Shown: positions 23,855 through 35,689 of the stretch, in pieces
Position numbering within the stretch: position 1 is the stretch's first letter
Layout of the letters: each line of letters begins with the position of its first letter
DNA from: Podarcis muralis
Taxonomy: Eukaryota
Assembly: GCF_964188315.1 (NCBI RefSeq)
Contig: NC_135670.1
Coordinates: forward strand, 26,164,001 to 26,228,000
DNA length: 64,000 bases
Reading direction: 5' to 3'
Program-made: the position numbers and the translations under genes
The notes under the pieces: generated by a model
Told to the model about the DNA's origin: nothing
Databases searched by the model: none
Seen by the model: only the letters and a program-made list of their open reading frames with translations

Positions 23855-23976
23855 CTCTCTATGGCCACAAACCAGAGATGGCTCAGTACGCCCACACTGG
23901 GCTGCTGCCGCAGACCATGGTGATTACAGACACAGCCAACCTCAGCGCCTTGGCCAGCCTGACGCCAACCAAGCAG
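23855..23976 (+). CDS. HNF1A: HNF1A exon 8
   Basis: [40 protein letters not shown]; 122 nt; donor CAG|GTAAGA. Confidence 0.97.
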
Positions 23977-24508
23977 GTAAGATGGGCTGAGGGGGAAGCC
24001 AGGAAAGGAGGAACCTGGGAAAGATGCCCTGAAATCCGAACTCATCTAACCTCTGTTTAAGCACCTCCAAGGAAGGAGAGTCCACCACCTTCTGAGGCAG
24101 TCTGCTTCACTGCTGGAAAGCGTTTACCATCAGAAAATTCTTCCTAATATATAGCCGGAATCCCCTTGTCATTTGAATCCATCAGTTCAACCATCCATCG
24201 TGCGCTACCCTCTGGAGCAGCAGAAAGCAAGCTGGCTCCATCTCTCATGCGACAGATATTTGGCTATCCTATCACCTCTCCATTTTCTCCACGCTAAACA
24301 TACCCAGTTCCCTTAACCGTTCCTCATAAGGCTCTGTTTCCAGACCCTGGATCATCTTGGCTGCCCTTCTCTGCACACTTTGCAGCTTGTTGATATTCTT
24401 CTATTCAATCAATATAAATTTAATTTTAATGTCTGAAATTCCCAAAACCAGCAGTTTCCATATTTCTTATTGTGTTGTTAATCTCTCTCTCCCTCCCACA
24501 TTTTACAG

Positions 24509-24650
24509 GTGTTCACATCAGACTCTGAGGCACACACAGAGACTGGGATGCACACGCCCCCCGTGCAGGCTTCCACCATACACTTACAGAACCAGGATGC
24601 CACCATCCAGCACCTCCAGCCCAGCCATCGACTCACCTCTAGCCCTGCTG
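24509..24650 (+). CDS. HNF1A: HNF1A exon 9
   Basis: [47 protein letters not shown]; 142 nt; donor G|GTAAGT. Confidence 0.95.
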
Positions 24651-25649
24651 GTAAGTGGGGGTGGGGAGCCCTGCTTTGAAGAATGTGCAACTGAAGCTCC
24701 TGCCAACTTTGAGGGCTTTCCATTCTTTGGTGGAGCAGGTGGATTTCATAAACATTGTATCCTCAAGACAGTAACTTGATTAGTGTTGGGGCAGTCCATG
24801 TGGACTACGACCCCCATCAGCTCTATCAGTATGGCCATTCACCAGGGATGATGGGAGTTGTAGTCCACTTCTGGTGGGCTATCCCTGGAGTTTGTCCAAG
24901 CCGTCTCCCCTCAATCTGATGCCTGTCCAGATGTTTTGGACTGCAACTCCCATCAGCCCCAGCCACCACATCTGTGCTGTGGGAATACAAAGAACCACCT
25001 TATAGGTTGGCCCATTGTATTGCCTACACTGACTCACAGCTGCTCTCTCTCCAGCTCCAGTATCATATAGTTGCACTGGCCTGGGCCAATGGGAGTTGGG
25101 GAAGGTTGTACTAAGCACTGCAACCCTAAAATGCTTGGGAGGGGTGTGTGTGTGCATGTGTGTATATTCCCTTTTGCGGGTGTAGGAACTGAACGAAGGG
25201 CTGTAGCTCTGTGTCAGCGTGCCTGCTTTGCCTGCAGACGATGGCTGGTTCAATCCCCAGTATCTTCCAGTAGGGCTTGAAGCAACCCCTACCTGAAATA
25301 CGTTGCTGCTGGCTAGTGTTGACCCTGCTGAGCTAGATGGACCAATGGTCCATCGCAGTGTAAGCCAGCCTATCTTCCTAAGGAAACGCAGTATAAAGTA
25401 GTCTCTATGGGAGTATATTGTATTTAATTATGGGGTATCAGAGTTTTTAGGGGGCTAAACAGGCTGGGATAGCAGGCTTGTTGGTTTTTGAATGTCTGAT
25501 ATAGGTTTTTTCAATTTCGTTGTTCTGTATGGGACAATGACAATAAAGATTATCGTATTATCATATCATATCAAGTGATGATCTCTCCCTGCTTACACTC
25601 ACATGTGCTTATGGGTGTTTTCCCCTCCCCTCTTCTCCTTTCCTTCCAG

Positions 25650-25777
25650 TCTCCTCCAGTAGCCTGGTGCTCTACCAGAGCTCCGACTCCTCCAACAGTC
25701 ACAGCCACTTGCTGCCGTCCACTCATGGCGTGATAGAGACTTTTATCTCCACCCAGATGGCCTCTTCCACTCAGTAG
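25650..25777 (+). CDS. HNF1A: HNF1A exon 10 (coding part to TAG)
   Basis: [41 protein letters not shown]; 128 nt. The summed CDS of 1947 nt is in frame. Confidence 0.97.
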
Positions 25778-27269
25778 CCTGATGACCACCCAAGGACCCA
25801 AAGTGGAGAGAAGCCTCATTCGCAGCTGCCACCACCCACTGATGTCTGCCTGCCTGCCTAGGATGGAGGAGGCAGCCAGCCAGGGGGCCTTTTTTCTCCT
25901 CCAGGACGTTGTGCACACACACCCTTGTTCCACATCCCAAACCCTCCTCAAGAGGTGAAACTATGCGCACAAGGAACGGAACGGACTCCCTTCAAAGATG
26001 GTGGACTCTCCTTTGTTGGAGGTTGGATGGCCATCTGTCAGGGATTCTTTAGCCATGATTCTTAGGTTGAACTAGATTAGCCTCCTCTCAGACAACTGTT
26101 TTATGAATGCCAAGAGGAACTTTGTGCCTTTTCAAACAAGAGAGGAAAGGCTGGCTGGCCCATGCTCTTTGACTGCCTTCAGGACAGGACTGCAATAGAA
26201 GCTGCAGCCCAGCTTAGACCAGGCAAGAGCCAGCCAGCCCTGCAGGCAGAAGCAAGGAGGGCTGGGCTCCAACAGCAGCGAGAGACACGTGTCCTATACA
26301 TTTCTGCCGGCAGGTTGAAGCTTCAGGCAGACCCTGTGCAGGTAGGTGCATCTTGGTGCAAAATGAGAAAGAAAACCATCCTCTTACTCATTGTTCCTGC
26401 CGATCATCAAGATGCAAGCTTGCCCGGGGTCAAGCAAATGCCCTTGAGGAGGAAACTCAGGAGCTCAGCCAGGCCACGAAGCCAACTGGTCAGAGCCAGA
26501 GACCCTATAAAGTCTCCTGCTCATCGGCGTGAGAAAATAGGACTTTGGCTCTTGGCAGCCACAGATCGCCTTACAGGAGCCACGTGTGACACCTTTGCAG
26601 GAGAAGGGAGGGAAAAGAGAGGCCCAGCTTCAGCTGTGATTTCTGCAATGTTGGACTAGATGAACTTGCTCTAAAGTAGTCTTTAATAGGAAGAACGTAT
26701 GATACAGGAAGCATTTTCAGAAGCTCAATTTTGGGTGTGGCAAGAAGCAAAAGCGCAAAGGGCAGCGGAAGTGCCTCTTACTGTTTTGTGATAGGTTAAT
26801 ATTTCAGCCACACACAGAAGTCCCTCCAGCCAGCCAATCAAGTGCAGTTCAGAGACACATTCCAGCCAGGCAAAAACCACTTAAGGGCACTGAGCAAGGC
26901 CAGTAAGGAATGTGGCCTGACAAGAATCATGAGGGCTAGAAAGAGGAGGTTGGAAGTCCGCTTTCCCCTGTCCCTGCTACTGAAGGAAGCATTCGTACAG
27001 GCAAGCTGTGAAACCTAGAACATGCAGTTCAGGTGCAGAATCTGGTAATGCGCGCTGCATTCTAAGAACCTCACTTTGCTCTTACAAAACAAGCAAACCA
27101 AGTTGCCAGTCCTCATGGCAGCTAGAAAAAAACAACGCCCAAAGCAAAGCCAAAGCTTGTTTGAGCAATGGCATTGTTGAAGCTTCCAATAGTCAGGGAG
27201 TAGGTCTTCACACATGGAAACCTCAACCTCCCCAGTTATCTCCACAGCAAGCCCCCCTACACCCTAACC

Positions 27270-27405
27270 CAGTGTTTCTCAAACTTGAGTCCCCAGCTGT
27301 TGTTGGACTATAGCTTCCATCATCCCTGACCACTGGGCCTGCTAGCTAGGGATGATGGGAGTTGTAGTCCAACAACAGCTGGGGACCTAAGTTTGAGAAA
27401 CGTTG
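27270..27405. mobile_element. Palindromic hAT-type MITE in the presumed HNF1A 3' UTR
   Basis: CAGTGTTTCTCAAACTT...AAGTTTGAGAAACGTTG with an internal hairpin; CCTAACC repeated on both flanks. Degraded relatives at about 22820, 24780, 24930, 29220, 40236 and 58512. Confidence 0.75.
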
Positions 27406-27994
27406 CCTAACCCGAAGAACCCCTAGCCTCCTTTCCCAGCCTACACAGAATCCCATTTACGGCATTAACTGTCCAACACACCCTGATAAAGACACTTAAA
27501 ATGCATAATTTGCACCAGAATCACCACAAGACATTACTTTTTAAAGTACAGGTTTTCAGTTCCTCCCCCCGCACCCCAGTAGCTCTCATCATTCCTTAGT
27601 TTGAAAAGCACTCAAGAGAGAGATAGAGACACATCATTGGCCTAGCAAGAGAAGGAGACGATCTGAAATGTGAGCATTCCTTCCCGTCCTAAATCACGCC
27701 AGCTGCAAAGTTGGCAGAATTCAATTTTCCTCCCTGTATAATTTCTTGGGTGGGGGGATGGCACCCCTTGGCTCTGTGATGATGACCGATTTCTCAAGTG
27801 CCATGCCAGAGCAGGAAAAGCCCTTTTTGGTGGCTAAAATGAAACCAAAACGTGCCACAGCTGGGGGGGGGGGGGGAGAAGCGAAATCAGTAGTATTCAA
27901 GCACTGCAAACAGAAGGGGGGAAATAGCACCCAATGATACCCACCCAATAACCCCCGGGAACTTTAAACCATCACTCTGCATATTTGGAGTCTC

Positions 27995-28000
27995 AATAAA
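27995..28000 (+). terminator. HNF1A: Candidate HNF1A polyadenylation signal
   Basis: First AATAAA I found on + after the stop codon, followed by GT-rich TGTTTGCTGTT about 20 nt downstream. Confidence 0.45.
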
Positions 28001-28362
28001 GCAAGCATCACTGCCCAAAGTGTTTGCTGTTCCACCCAGTGCCAGAGGGCCTCTTCCGGCCATCAATTGCCAGTTTGGCTCTATCTTGTAAATATATTTA
28101 AATTGTCAGTAAATCAAAGAGAGGGTGGGGCAGGGATTGTTATGTATAAGACTACTGTGTCATGCTGCCTGTTTATAAAGCTAAGCAAAGCTGTGGCTCA
28201 ATGGACTTTTAATAGCTCCCTCCCTGCAAAAAAGTATAATCAAGGTTTGGTAAGATCTTTGTCCAGAGTTCCATTCCTAAGGAAAACGGAGACAAAATGT
28301 TTGCCAGTTGCCAAGAGACAGAGAAGAGCCATATTTTAGCATTGCATCTTTCTTTTTTCTTT

Positions 28363-28398
<36 letters not shown>

Positions 28399-28550
28399 TT
28401 TTTTTTTTGATTCTTAGCAAACCTGGTGCCCTCCAGATCTGCTTGGACTACATATTCCATGAGCCCCACCCAGCACGGCCATATTATTTATTTTATTTCC
28501 AGCACTTTTTCACCCCACCGTATAGCCAAAGCAGCTCTCAGAGAAGCTTA

Positions 28551-28835
28551 AAGGTAAAGGGACCCCTGACCATTAGGTCCAGTCGTGGCCGACTCTGGGG
28601 TTGCGGCACTCATCTCGCTTTATTGGCCGAGGGAGCCGGCGTACAGCTTCCGGGTCATGTGGCCAGCATGACTAAACCGCTTCTGTTGAACCAGAGCAGC
28701 GCACGGAAACGCCGTTTACCTTCCCGCCAGAGCGGTACCTATTTATCTACTTGCACTTTGACATGCTTTCAAACTGCTAGGTTGACGGGAGCTGGGACCG
28801 AGCAACGGGAGCTCACCCCGTCGCGGGGATTCGAA
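28551..28835 (-). mobile_element. Sauria-type SINE truncated at a duplication breakpoint
   Basis: Matches the 4324 and 49601 copies but stops at GGGGATTCGAA, where the C12orf43 exon 1 duplicate begins. Confidence 0.85.
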
Positions 28836-28997
28836 GCTGCAGGTTCCTCATTCCTGGTTTTAAGAGATCAGCTGGATACAGCCCTATTTCTGGCGCGCAC
28901 ACAAAAGGGTTTCCTGCAGGGCTTTTTTGGGATGGGTAAAGTTTCTATCTAGAGAGAGGAAGGTGCTGCCAGGCCTGCCGCTCAGGGCTCTCCCTAC

Positions 28998-29127
28998 CGC
29001 CTTCGGGCACCAGCAGGGCCGCTGCTGCTGCTCACTGCAGCACCGGGTCCCAGGCAGCCTCCCAGAGGCGCCCCAAATCCTCCTCCTCGCTGCTGCTGCT
29101 GCTGCTGCTACTCCTGGTAGCCGACAT
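28998..29127 (-). pseudogene. C12orf43: Duplicated C12orf43 exon 1 with premature stop
   Basis: MSATRSSSSSSSSEEEDLGRLWEAAWDPVLQ*; CGA>TGA at 29032-29034 relative to the 58 kb copy. Part of a duplicated block, 28833-29456 versus about 58126-58750. Confidence 0.9.
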
Positions 29128-29456
29128 GATGGAAATCCCATCGGTTGCAATGCATCCTGGGGGCTGTGGTCCAGGCTTCATTGCTCAGCCCTTTCCTAGC
29201 CCGGTGCTCTCCACTGATTTGGACTACAACTCCCATTAGCATGGTCAGGTGATACTTGGGCCGATGGCAGCTTTACAATGCTGCCTGGGGCTGATGGGAG
29301 TTGTAGTCCAAAACTATTGAATGAAGAAAACGACCCTAAATGTCTTCATTGAGCTGGTCAGCATATGTGTGGAACACAGCACACTTAATTCACCATCAGA
29401 GAGTGATAAGAAGAATAACAAAGAAAGGCAGGTTTGACTTATCGGTAATTTATATC

Positions 29457-29721
29457 TGTTAAGTTGTGGGTGAACATATCGGACGACACAGCGATTCTTC
29501 AAACAGCTCTTGTTTATTCACAGGCCCAGAACAGAACTGAACTGAAGGGTTCAGACAGCCTGCTCCACTAGAGCTCCACTACAACGCAACAGTAACCACT
29601 TTCTGTAACTATCCAATCACTGAACGTCACTTTCAATCCCTTATTTGCATATGTGGACCTGAGTGAAAACTATCTACAGTATCCCCCTGCTGGCCCAGGG
29701 TGAGAGCTTCAGTACATAACA
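29457..29721 (-). mobile_element. Solo LTR
   Basis: Minus strand begins TGTTATGTACTGA, ends AACA and contains AATAAA; 5-bp TSD ATATC at 29452-29456 and 29722-29726. Confidence 0.8.
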
Positions 29722-29730
29722 ATATCATTT

Positions 29731-30025
29731 TGTAATGTACTGAGTTGAATAGGATCCAAATTACAGCAGTCTGATTGGTCCTAGAACAATTGGATCCAGA
29801 ATGCAGCAGTCTGATTGGTCCGCAGGAACCACCCAAACCAACTCCAGGTGGAAGTGAATCCACAACCTGATTGGCCTACAGGAGAATCCCGGAATTAGCC
29901 AATCACGTGGGGCCCATTGTGTAAATAATGTATATAAAGCAGACAATTTGGGGAAACTTCCATTCCTCACTACTATGAGCTGAATAAAAAGCATGAAATC
30001 CACACTCGACTCCAAGTATATTTCA
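29731..30025 (+). mobile_element. Solo LTR, same family as the intron 6 LTR
   Basis: Near-identical to 21997-22332 minus one internal repeat unit of about 41 bp; 5-bp TSD CATTT at 29726-29730 and 30026-30030. Confidence 0.88.
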
Positions 30026-30044
30026 CATTTATTAATAATACAGT

Positions 30045-30140
30045 TTGACCAAACTGCGGGAGGCAGTGGAAGACAGGAGTGCCTGGCATGCTCTGGTCCA
30101 TGGGGTCACGAAGAGTCGGACATGACTAAACAATAACAAC
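30045..30140 (+). mobile_element. RTE/Bov-B-like 3' end
   Basis: GGAAGACAGGAGTGCCTGGCATGCTCTGGTCCATGGGGTCACGAAGAGTCGGACATGACT..(AAC)n. Confidence 0.65.
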
Positions 30141-30357
30141 CTCGGGTTACATACGCTTCAGGTTACAGACTCCGCTAAAACAGAAATAGTACCTCGGGTT
30201 AAGAACTTTGCTTCAGAATGAGAACAGAAATTGTGCTCCAGCAGCGCAGCAGCAGCAGAAGGCCCCATTAGCTAAAGTGGTGCTTCAGGTTAAGAACAGT
30301 TTCAGGTTAAGAACGGACCTCCAGAACGAATTAAGTACTTAACCTGAGGTACCACTG
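30140..30357. mobile_element. Tigger-like MITE (about 235-bp family), left end degraded
   Basis: Same family as the 43826, 59714 and 60187 copies; right TIR AACCTGAGGTACCACTG followed by TA. Confidence 0.8.
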
Positions 30358-30443
30358 TAGTGCCTGCCCAGTGCCTACCCCCTCTTTCTGCCAAACAGTG
30401 GCCAGAGCGCATGGGGTCACAGGCGCCAACAGGTGCCAACAGG

Positions 30444-30811
30444 TGTCCCTTTGGAGAATAGAAGACACTGTGGAGACTCTTGTGCTTTAAGAAATAGGGT
30501 TTATTCGCCTATTTACACCCTCAGTCTGCATGGAGGAGGTCCAGATCTTACAGCATGACCCAAAGCATTGCAGGGAGTCCTTCCTTCTACCTCACCAAGA
30601 CGGATCTCGGCCTTTCTTCCCCTTTCTTCTTCCCAGAAGCACCTTGTCCTCCCACAGAACAGTTACCCTGGCAACCTTCCAAATCTCAGTCTCTGGTCAC
30701 ACCTGGGACAAGAAGTTCCTGAAGACCCTCAATGGCTCTCTGTTGTAATGCTCTTCCCTCAGCTAGCCAGGCTGATTTGCATAAGGCAGCCCAGGAATTC
30801 TCTGTCTGACA
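30444..30811 (-). mobile_element. Probable solo LTR
   Basis: Minus strand TGTCAGAC...AAAGGGACA with AATAAA near the 3' end; flanks CAGG/CAGC form an imperfect 4-bp TSD. Confidence 0.55.
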
Positions 30812-31799
30812 CAGCCGTGCAGTTTATGTTTTAATCCATATCCCAGTCAAAATCCTAGTATTTATTTGTTCCTAGTGTTTAGGGGGATCCCCTCCTATTT
30901 CTATAACAATAGTAATCTCCCTTCCGTCTCAGTCGCAACAGCAACTATATGAAGAAATTGTCTTAATGCTTTAGAGTGAAGTATACTGAGGCATCTGATC
31001 AAGGCCTGTATTTTAAAATGAGCTTAAAGATATATTTGCAAATGTTTGTATGTTTCATGCCAGGCGGAAACCAGCTGGCTAAGTACTTTGTTTATCTTCC
31101 TGCTCTCCTGAACAAGGGCCCCCCTGATTTATAGCAGTAGCAGGAGACAAGTTTCTCAAAGTTGTAAAAGGAAATTACAGGCTGGGGGCAAATGTTACAC
31201 TGACCCTACATATTACAGAATACAATCAAGCTGCAAAAACACTAATTAAGGGTTGGTAAATAGTAAGATTTATTGTTTAACAGAAAATAATACCATGTGC
31301 CTCCCATCAGACTCTAGCCATATTTTCCTAAGGTTTAAGGTATACTGAGAGAGTTAAAGGGCAATAAATTTTGGGAAGAGTTAATGGGAAAAGCAGCTGG
31401 CTGGGAAAGGGGGGGTGTAAACTGAAGAGGCTTCTTTTGAAGCTGTTTTTACTGAGTTCCTTCTTTACTTTGCAAAGGCCTTTTCTTCTAAAAAGCTATC
31501 TATGTTATGTATGAGATTTATTGGCTTAATGTAATTATGCAAAGGATTTAGAAAGTAAGAAATGTTAGATTCTTATGTTAGATTCTTATTTCATTGATGG
31601 TGTGTGAGAATGTGAACCCAAGATCTCTGTTTAGATAGAATTTAATACCATGAGCCATTTGTTTTAGCCATTTGTTTTGGAATGCAGGGGCAACAGGGGC
31701 AAAAGGTGATCTGGTAATTAAGGTGCCTTGTCGAGGCAAATGTAAGATATATGGCTACTTGTCTGCCATTTATGGATAGAAGGAAATATAGCTCTTTGT

Positions 31800-32095
31800 C
31801 TCCCATAAAAGGTAATAGGAAATGGGTGTATCTTTTATGATTGGTTCTAGCAAACAGCCAATAGGAATTTCAACCAGGCTGATTGGACAGAGGCAGCCAA
31901 AGGAGGAGCAAGGGGGCTGGGCTGAGGAAATATAAGTACTGGCCATCAGGGCTGGAGAGAGGCAGAGCTTTGGTAACCATATACCACTGTGCCTATCATT
32001 TATTTGTCTGACAAATAAATTATTATTTTAATTTCTCTATTGCTGCGTTGAATATTTCATTCCAGCTAAGCGTTAACCACGAGCAGGGTGCTACA
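31800..32095 (+). mobile_element. LTR-like 3' portion
   Basis: CCAAT boxes, AAATATAAG and AATAAA, ending GGGTGCTACA; 5' boundary not resolved. Confidence 0.45.
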
Positions 32096-32393
32096 ATACC
32101 TTGTGGTTATGAGCGTAATCTGTAATATAAAATATTTTCAAAGTTTCTTTTTATGCCACATGGATGGCTGCACACTGCATACAAAATAAGTCTGAACATC
32201 TGTATATGTGTTTGTCTTAAGGATGTATCTGTATATGAATAGAGTGCGCCTGTGACCTGGACTCAGGAATTAAGTATTTTTCATCACAAAAGAGTGGCCT
32301 GGCTGCCCAGGTAATGCAATCTGTGACCATTATTAGGTATCCTGGCAGACAGATTAACAGGTTTTCTGCTGTAGACCACACCCCTGTGATGTA

Positions 32394-32731
32394 CAGTGGT
32401 ACCTCGCAAGACGGAAAACTCGCAAGACGAAATGGTTTTTTGTTTTTTGAGCTGCTTCGCAAGACGATTTTCCCTATGGGCTTGCTTCGCAAGACGGAAA
32501 CGTCTTGCAAGTTTGTTTCCTTTTTCTTAACACCGTTAATATAGTTGCAACTTGACTTCGAGGAGCAACTCATAGCACGCGGTGTGGTAGCCTTTTTTGA
32601 GGTTTTTGAAGACTTTGGTGATTTTTGATGCTTTTCCAAAACTTTCCCGACACCGTGCTTTGCAAGACGAAAAAATCGCAAGACAAAAAAACTCGCGGAA
32701 CGAATTAATTTCGTCTTGCGAGGCACCACTG
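32394..32731. mobile_element. Tigger-like MITE inserted into an LTR-like sequence
   Basis: TIR CAGTGGTACCTCGCAAGACG / CGTCTTGCGAGGCACCACTG with TA TSD; the right flank carries TATATAAG and AATAAA typical of an LTR. Confidence 0.85.
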
Positions 32732-33266
32732 TATTTCTGCTAGGGACCACCTCCTTCTATGATGTATGCATTGGGGGATGGTACTGAGCTACAGGGTGGC
32801 AATTTCAAAGTCTATATAAGGGGGCTTGCACACCTTTGTTCTGGGTCTCCTCCCTCCTACGTGTGGGGGAGCACCCTGTTGCAACAGCTTTAATAAAGAT
32901 CAGGCTTACTAGCTGCTTTGCTTCTCAATATTCTCTGGTTGGCTTCTGTTGGCCTCAATGGTTAAGTACTGAACCATCAACAATGCAAAAAAGGTTGCCC
33001 AGTTCCAAATATAACATGCAAAATTCTTTCCACAGCTAAATTTCAGAGTTCTCCCACTCTTAATTGTCTCGTTGTTGTTGTTGATAGATTTTTATTGATT
33101 TATCAGGTTTTGTTTTGTATGTATATACCTATGCATTATAGGAACATCATTCCTGACAGAGATTTTCCAGGAAATAACTTTTCATTTCAAACAGGATTCA
33201 TTAACCTCTAGGAAGACTCAAACCCACATAAGAAAAATGTTTAATAACTTCTCATTTGTGTCCAAA

Positions 33267-33397
33267 TTAACAAAAGTTTTGTCCCTTCATTTCTTCCACA
33301 GCCAAGTGAAGGCTAGGGGCCAGGGCTCGCTCCTCCCCAGGGGCTTCATTCAGGTGTTGCACAAGGTTCCAGTCCTCAAATTGCTCTTCCATTTTAA
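33267..33397 (-). CDS. KRBA1-repeat-like gene: candidate terminal exon (paralogue of the 44.7 kb exon)
   Basis: Acceptor CAG|TTAAAATGGAA; VKMEEQFEDWNLVQHLNEAPGEERALAPSLHLAVEEMKGQNFC*; minus-strand AATAAA at about 33091-33096. Confidence 0.45.
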
Positions 33398-33619
33398 CTG
33401 TTGCAAAGAAACAAGGGGGGGGGGAGGAACCAACGTCAAAGTGGAGCCAGCTCTCATCTTTTCTCTCCCCCCACCCACCTCCCACTCTGCCTGAGAATTT
33501 CCAGTACTCCAAGGCAAACCATATTCAGATCAATTCCTTTAGGAGGAACAGAATCCAAACATACATTCACACCCCTGGAGGCCCTTTGAGAAGAGACATA
33601 GCTCCAGTGGCAGAATATC

Positions 33620-34356
33620 TGCTTTGACAGAGTTAAGCTTGGTGGATCAGGGGGATGCTCTGGACGAAGTGTATCTTGATTTTAGTAAGGCTTTTGTCAA
33701 AGTCCCTCATAATGTTCTCATGAGGAAGCTGGTAAAATGTGAGCTGAATGAGGTAACTGTTAGGTGGATTTGTAGCTGGTTGACTGACCAAACCCATAGT
33801 ACTTATTAATGGTTCCTCGTCATCCTGGAAAAAAGTGACAAGTGGGGTGCTGCAGGGTTCTGTCCTGGGCAAGTTGTTGTTTAACGCCTTTATAAATTGG
33901 ACTTGGATGAAGGAATTGAGGGGATGCACACCAAACTGGGAGGGGTATCTAATGCCACAGAAGACAGAATCAGAATTCCAAATGACATTAACAGATTGGA
34001 GAACTGGGCACAAACTAACAGAGTTAATTTCAGTAGGGACAAATGTAAACTTCTTCACCTAGGCAGGAAGAACCAGATGCACAAATATAGGATGGGGGAC
34101 ACCTGGAGAAGGATCTAGGGGCCTTGGTGGACCACAAGCTTAACATGAATCAACTGTGTGATGCAGCAGCAGCAGCAGCAAAAAAGAAGAAGCTAATGTT
34201 ATTCTGGGCTGCATCAACAGTGGTCTAGTGCCCTGATGCAAGGAAGTCATAGTCCCTCTCTGTTCTGCCTTAGCCAGTCCACACCTGGAGTCATATGTCC
34301 AATTCTGGCACCACAATTTGAGAAGGATGTTGACAAGCTGGAAGGTGTACAGAGGA
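33620..34356 (+). mobile_element. CR1 reverse transcriptase fragment (degenerate)
   Basis: LDEVYLDFSKAFVKVPH, SGVLQGSVLG and TKLGG motifs with frameshifts; part of the 33310-34356 duplicated block. Confidence 0.85.
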
Positions 34357-35192
34357 TGCATGTTTTTTCCGGATAGGCAGAACCCTTGGAACCAAGCCTC
34401 TGCATACGATGTGATCATACTGTACTCCAGAACCGACCCCCCAATACCCCACTTAAGGGAACGGGGGCCCCTAAACCTGTGTACCAACTTCAGGCATGAC
34501 AAAGCTCTCCACCTGAGCATTTCAACTGTTTCTTACAAATTTAACTGGTGTTTTTTTAAAAACCATTACCAAGCTTAAAGTGTTGTCTTGCAGGGACAAA
34601 ATGCATGTACAGATGTGAAAATCTTGCATGCATTCACACAGCATTGAAACAGACTTGGAAAACCTTTTACATGACACATTAAGCTCGCATCCATACTTGG
34701 ATAATTTATCACAGTGGCTGCTGCCCGAACTTCACTGCGGTCTCTCCACTGGGGATGTCCCATGGCAAGAGCCCCCTGCTGAACCCCCTTCCCCTGTGGT
34801 GATCTAGTCTCCTGCCTTTAAGAGACAGGGACACTCTCCTGAGATCTGGGAGAGGCTCAGGGAATACGGACTGCTGGTTACTCAAAAACATGAATGCTGT
34901 GTCCAAACGCTTTCCCCCTCGCCCCGCTCCTTTCCCAGGGAGAAACCCACCTCTACATCAGCACTAAAATCAGAGTGGATGTCAACCCAGAGAAAACCCA
35001 GATTGCTGTTTGCTCCAGACTGAGTGCTAAAGAGCAGTTTCCCCTGGGGATAAAAAGAAGCACCAGTGTGGATAAACCCAGAGTTTAAACCACATTAGAG
35101 CTATGAGCCCATTGAACCTCGTCCCCTTTCACCAGGCACTGGATTTGGCAACAGGAAATATGTCCTTGACGTAAACAAACCCCACAGCTTAC

Positions 35193-35365
35193 ACACTGCA
35201 AAGATGTTCCTGTCCTCCGCCTCTGACCAGCTTCTTTTCCTTCCTCTTTCAGTCTGGAAGGTGGAAGAGCGACCTGAGGGAGCAATCGGAGGGCTGGATC
35301 CACCTCGTGCAGCAGCATTTTCAGGGCTATTGGCAGGCAGTTCCTCATCCTCTGCATCCAATTAA
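35193..35365 (-). CDS. KRBA1-repeat-like gene: exon with apparent 1-nt deletion
   Basis: Acceptor TTCTGTGCATAG|TTAATTGGAT, donor T|GTAAGC; 173 nt. Restoring one A gives VKLDAEDEELPANSPENAAARGG..RGRKRSWSEAEDRNIFAV with phase 1-1. Confidence 0.5.
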
Positions 35366-35689
35366 CTATGCACAGAAATAAGGAATCAGGGACCATCTCA
35401 GACTACCAGTACCGCCCCTAAAAAAAACCACCAAGGTGAAATTGGGTCCCTAACTCCCTGAGGGTTTGAGACCCATCAGCTACCCTCACCTGATTTAGCT
35501 GGCCAGTCGAAGCCGTTCTTGGGGTGAGGTATTGTTTATTTGCTAATGAGTCCAGTTTTCATTTTATTATTTGAGTATTGATAATGTTGTTTGCTCCTAT
35601 TTATATGGATAGTATGCTTTTTTCCACCCTATGGATGTTACGCTATACGATTTCCCCCATTCCTCCGCCTCCCCCCAATGGTATTATAG

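Noticed and set aside
26162-26659. 165-aa ORF after HNF1A
   Set aside because: It has a non-ATG start, lies in the presumed 3' UTR and shows no homology I recognise.
34709-34815. Possible extra hidden-gene exon (GRRLDHHRGRGFSRGLLPWDIPSGETAVKFGQQPL*)
   Set aside because: The phase-1 acceptor is plausible, but there is no motif and no good donor; too weak to list as a feature.
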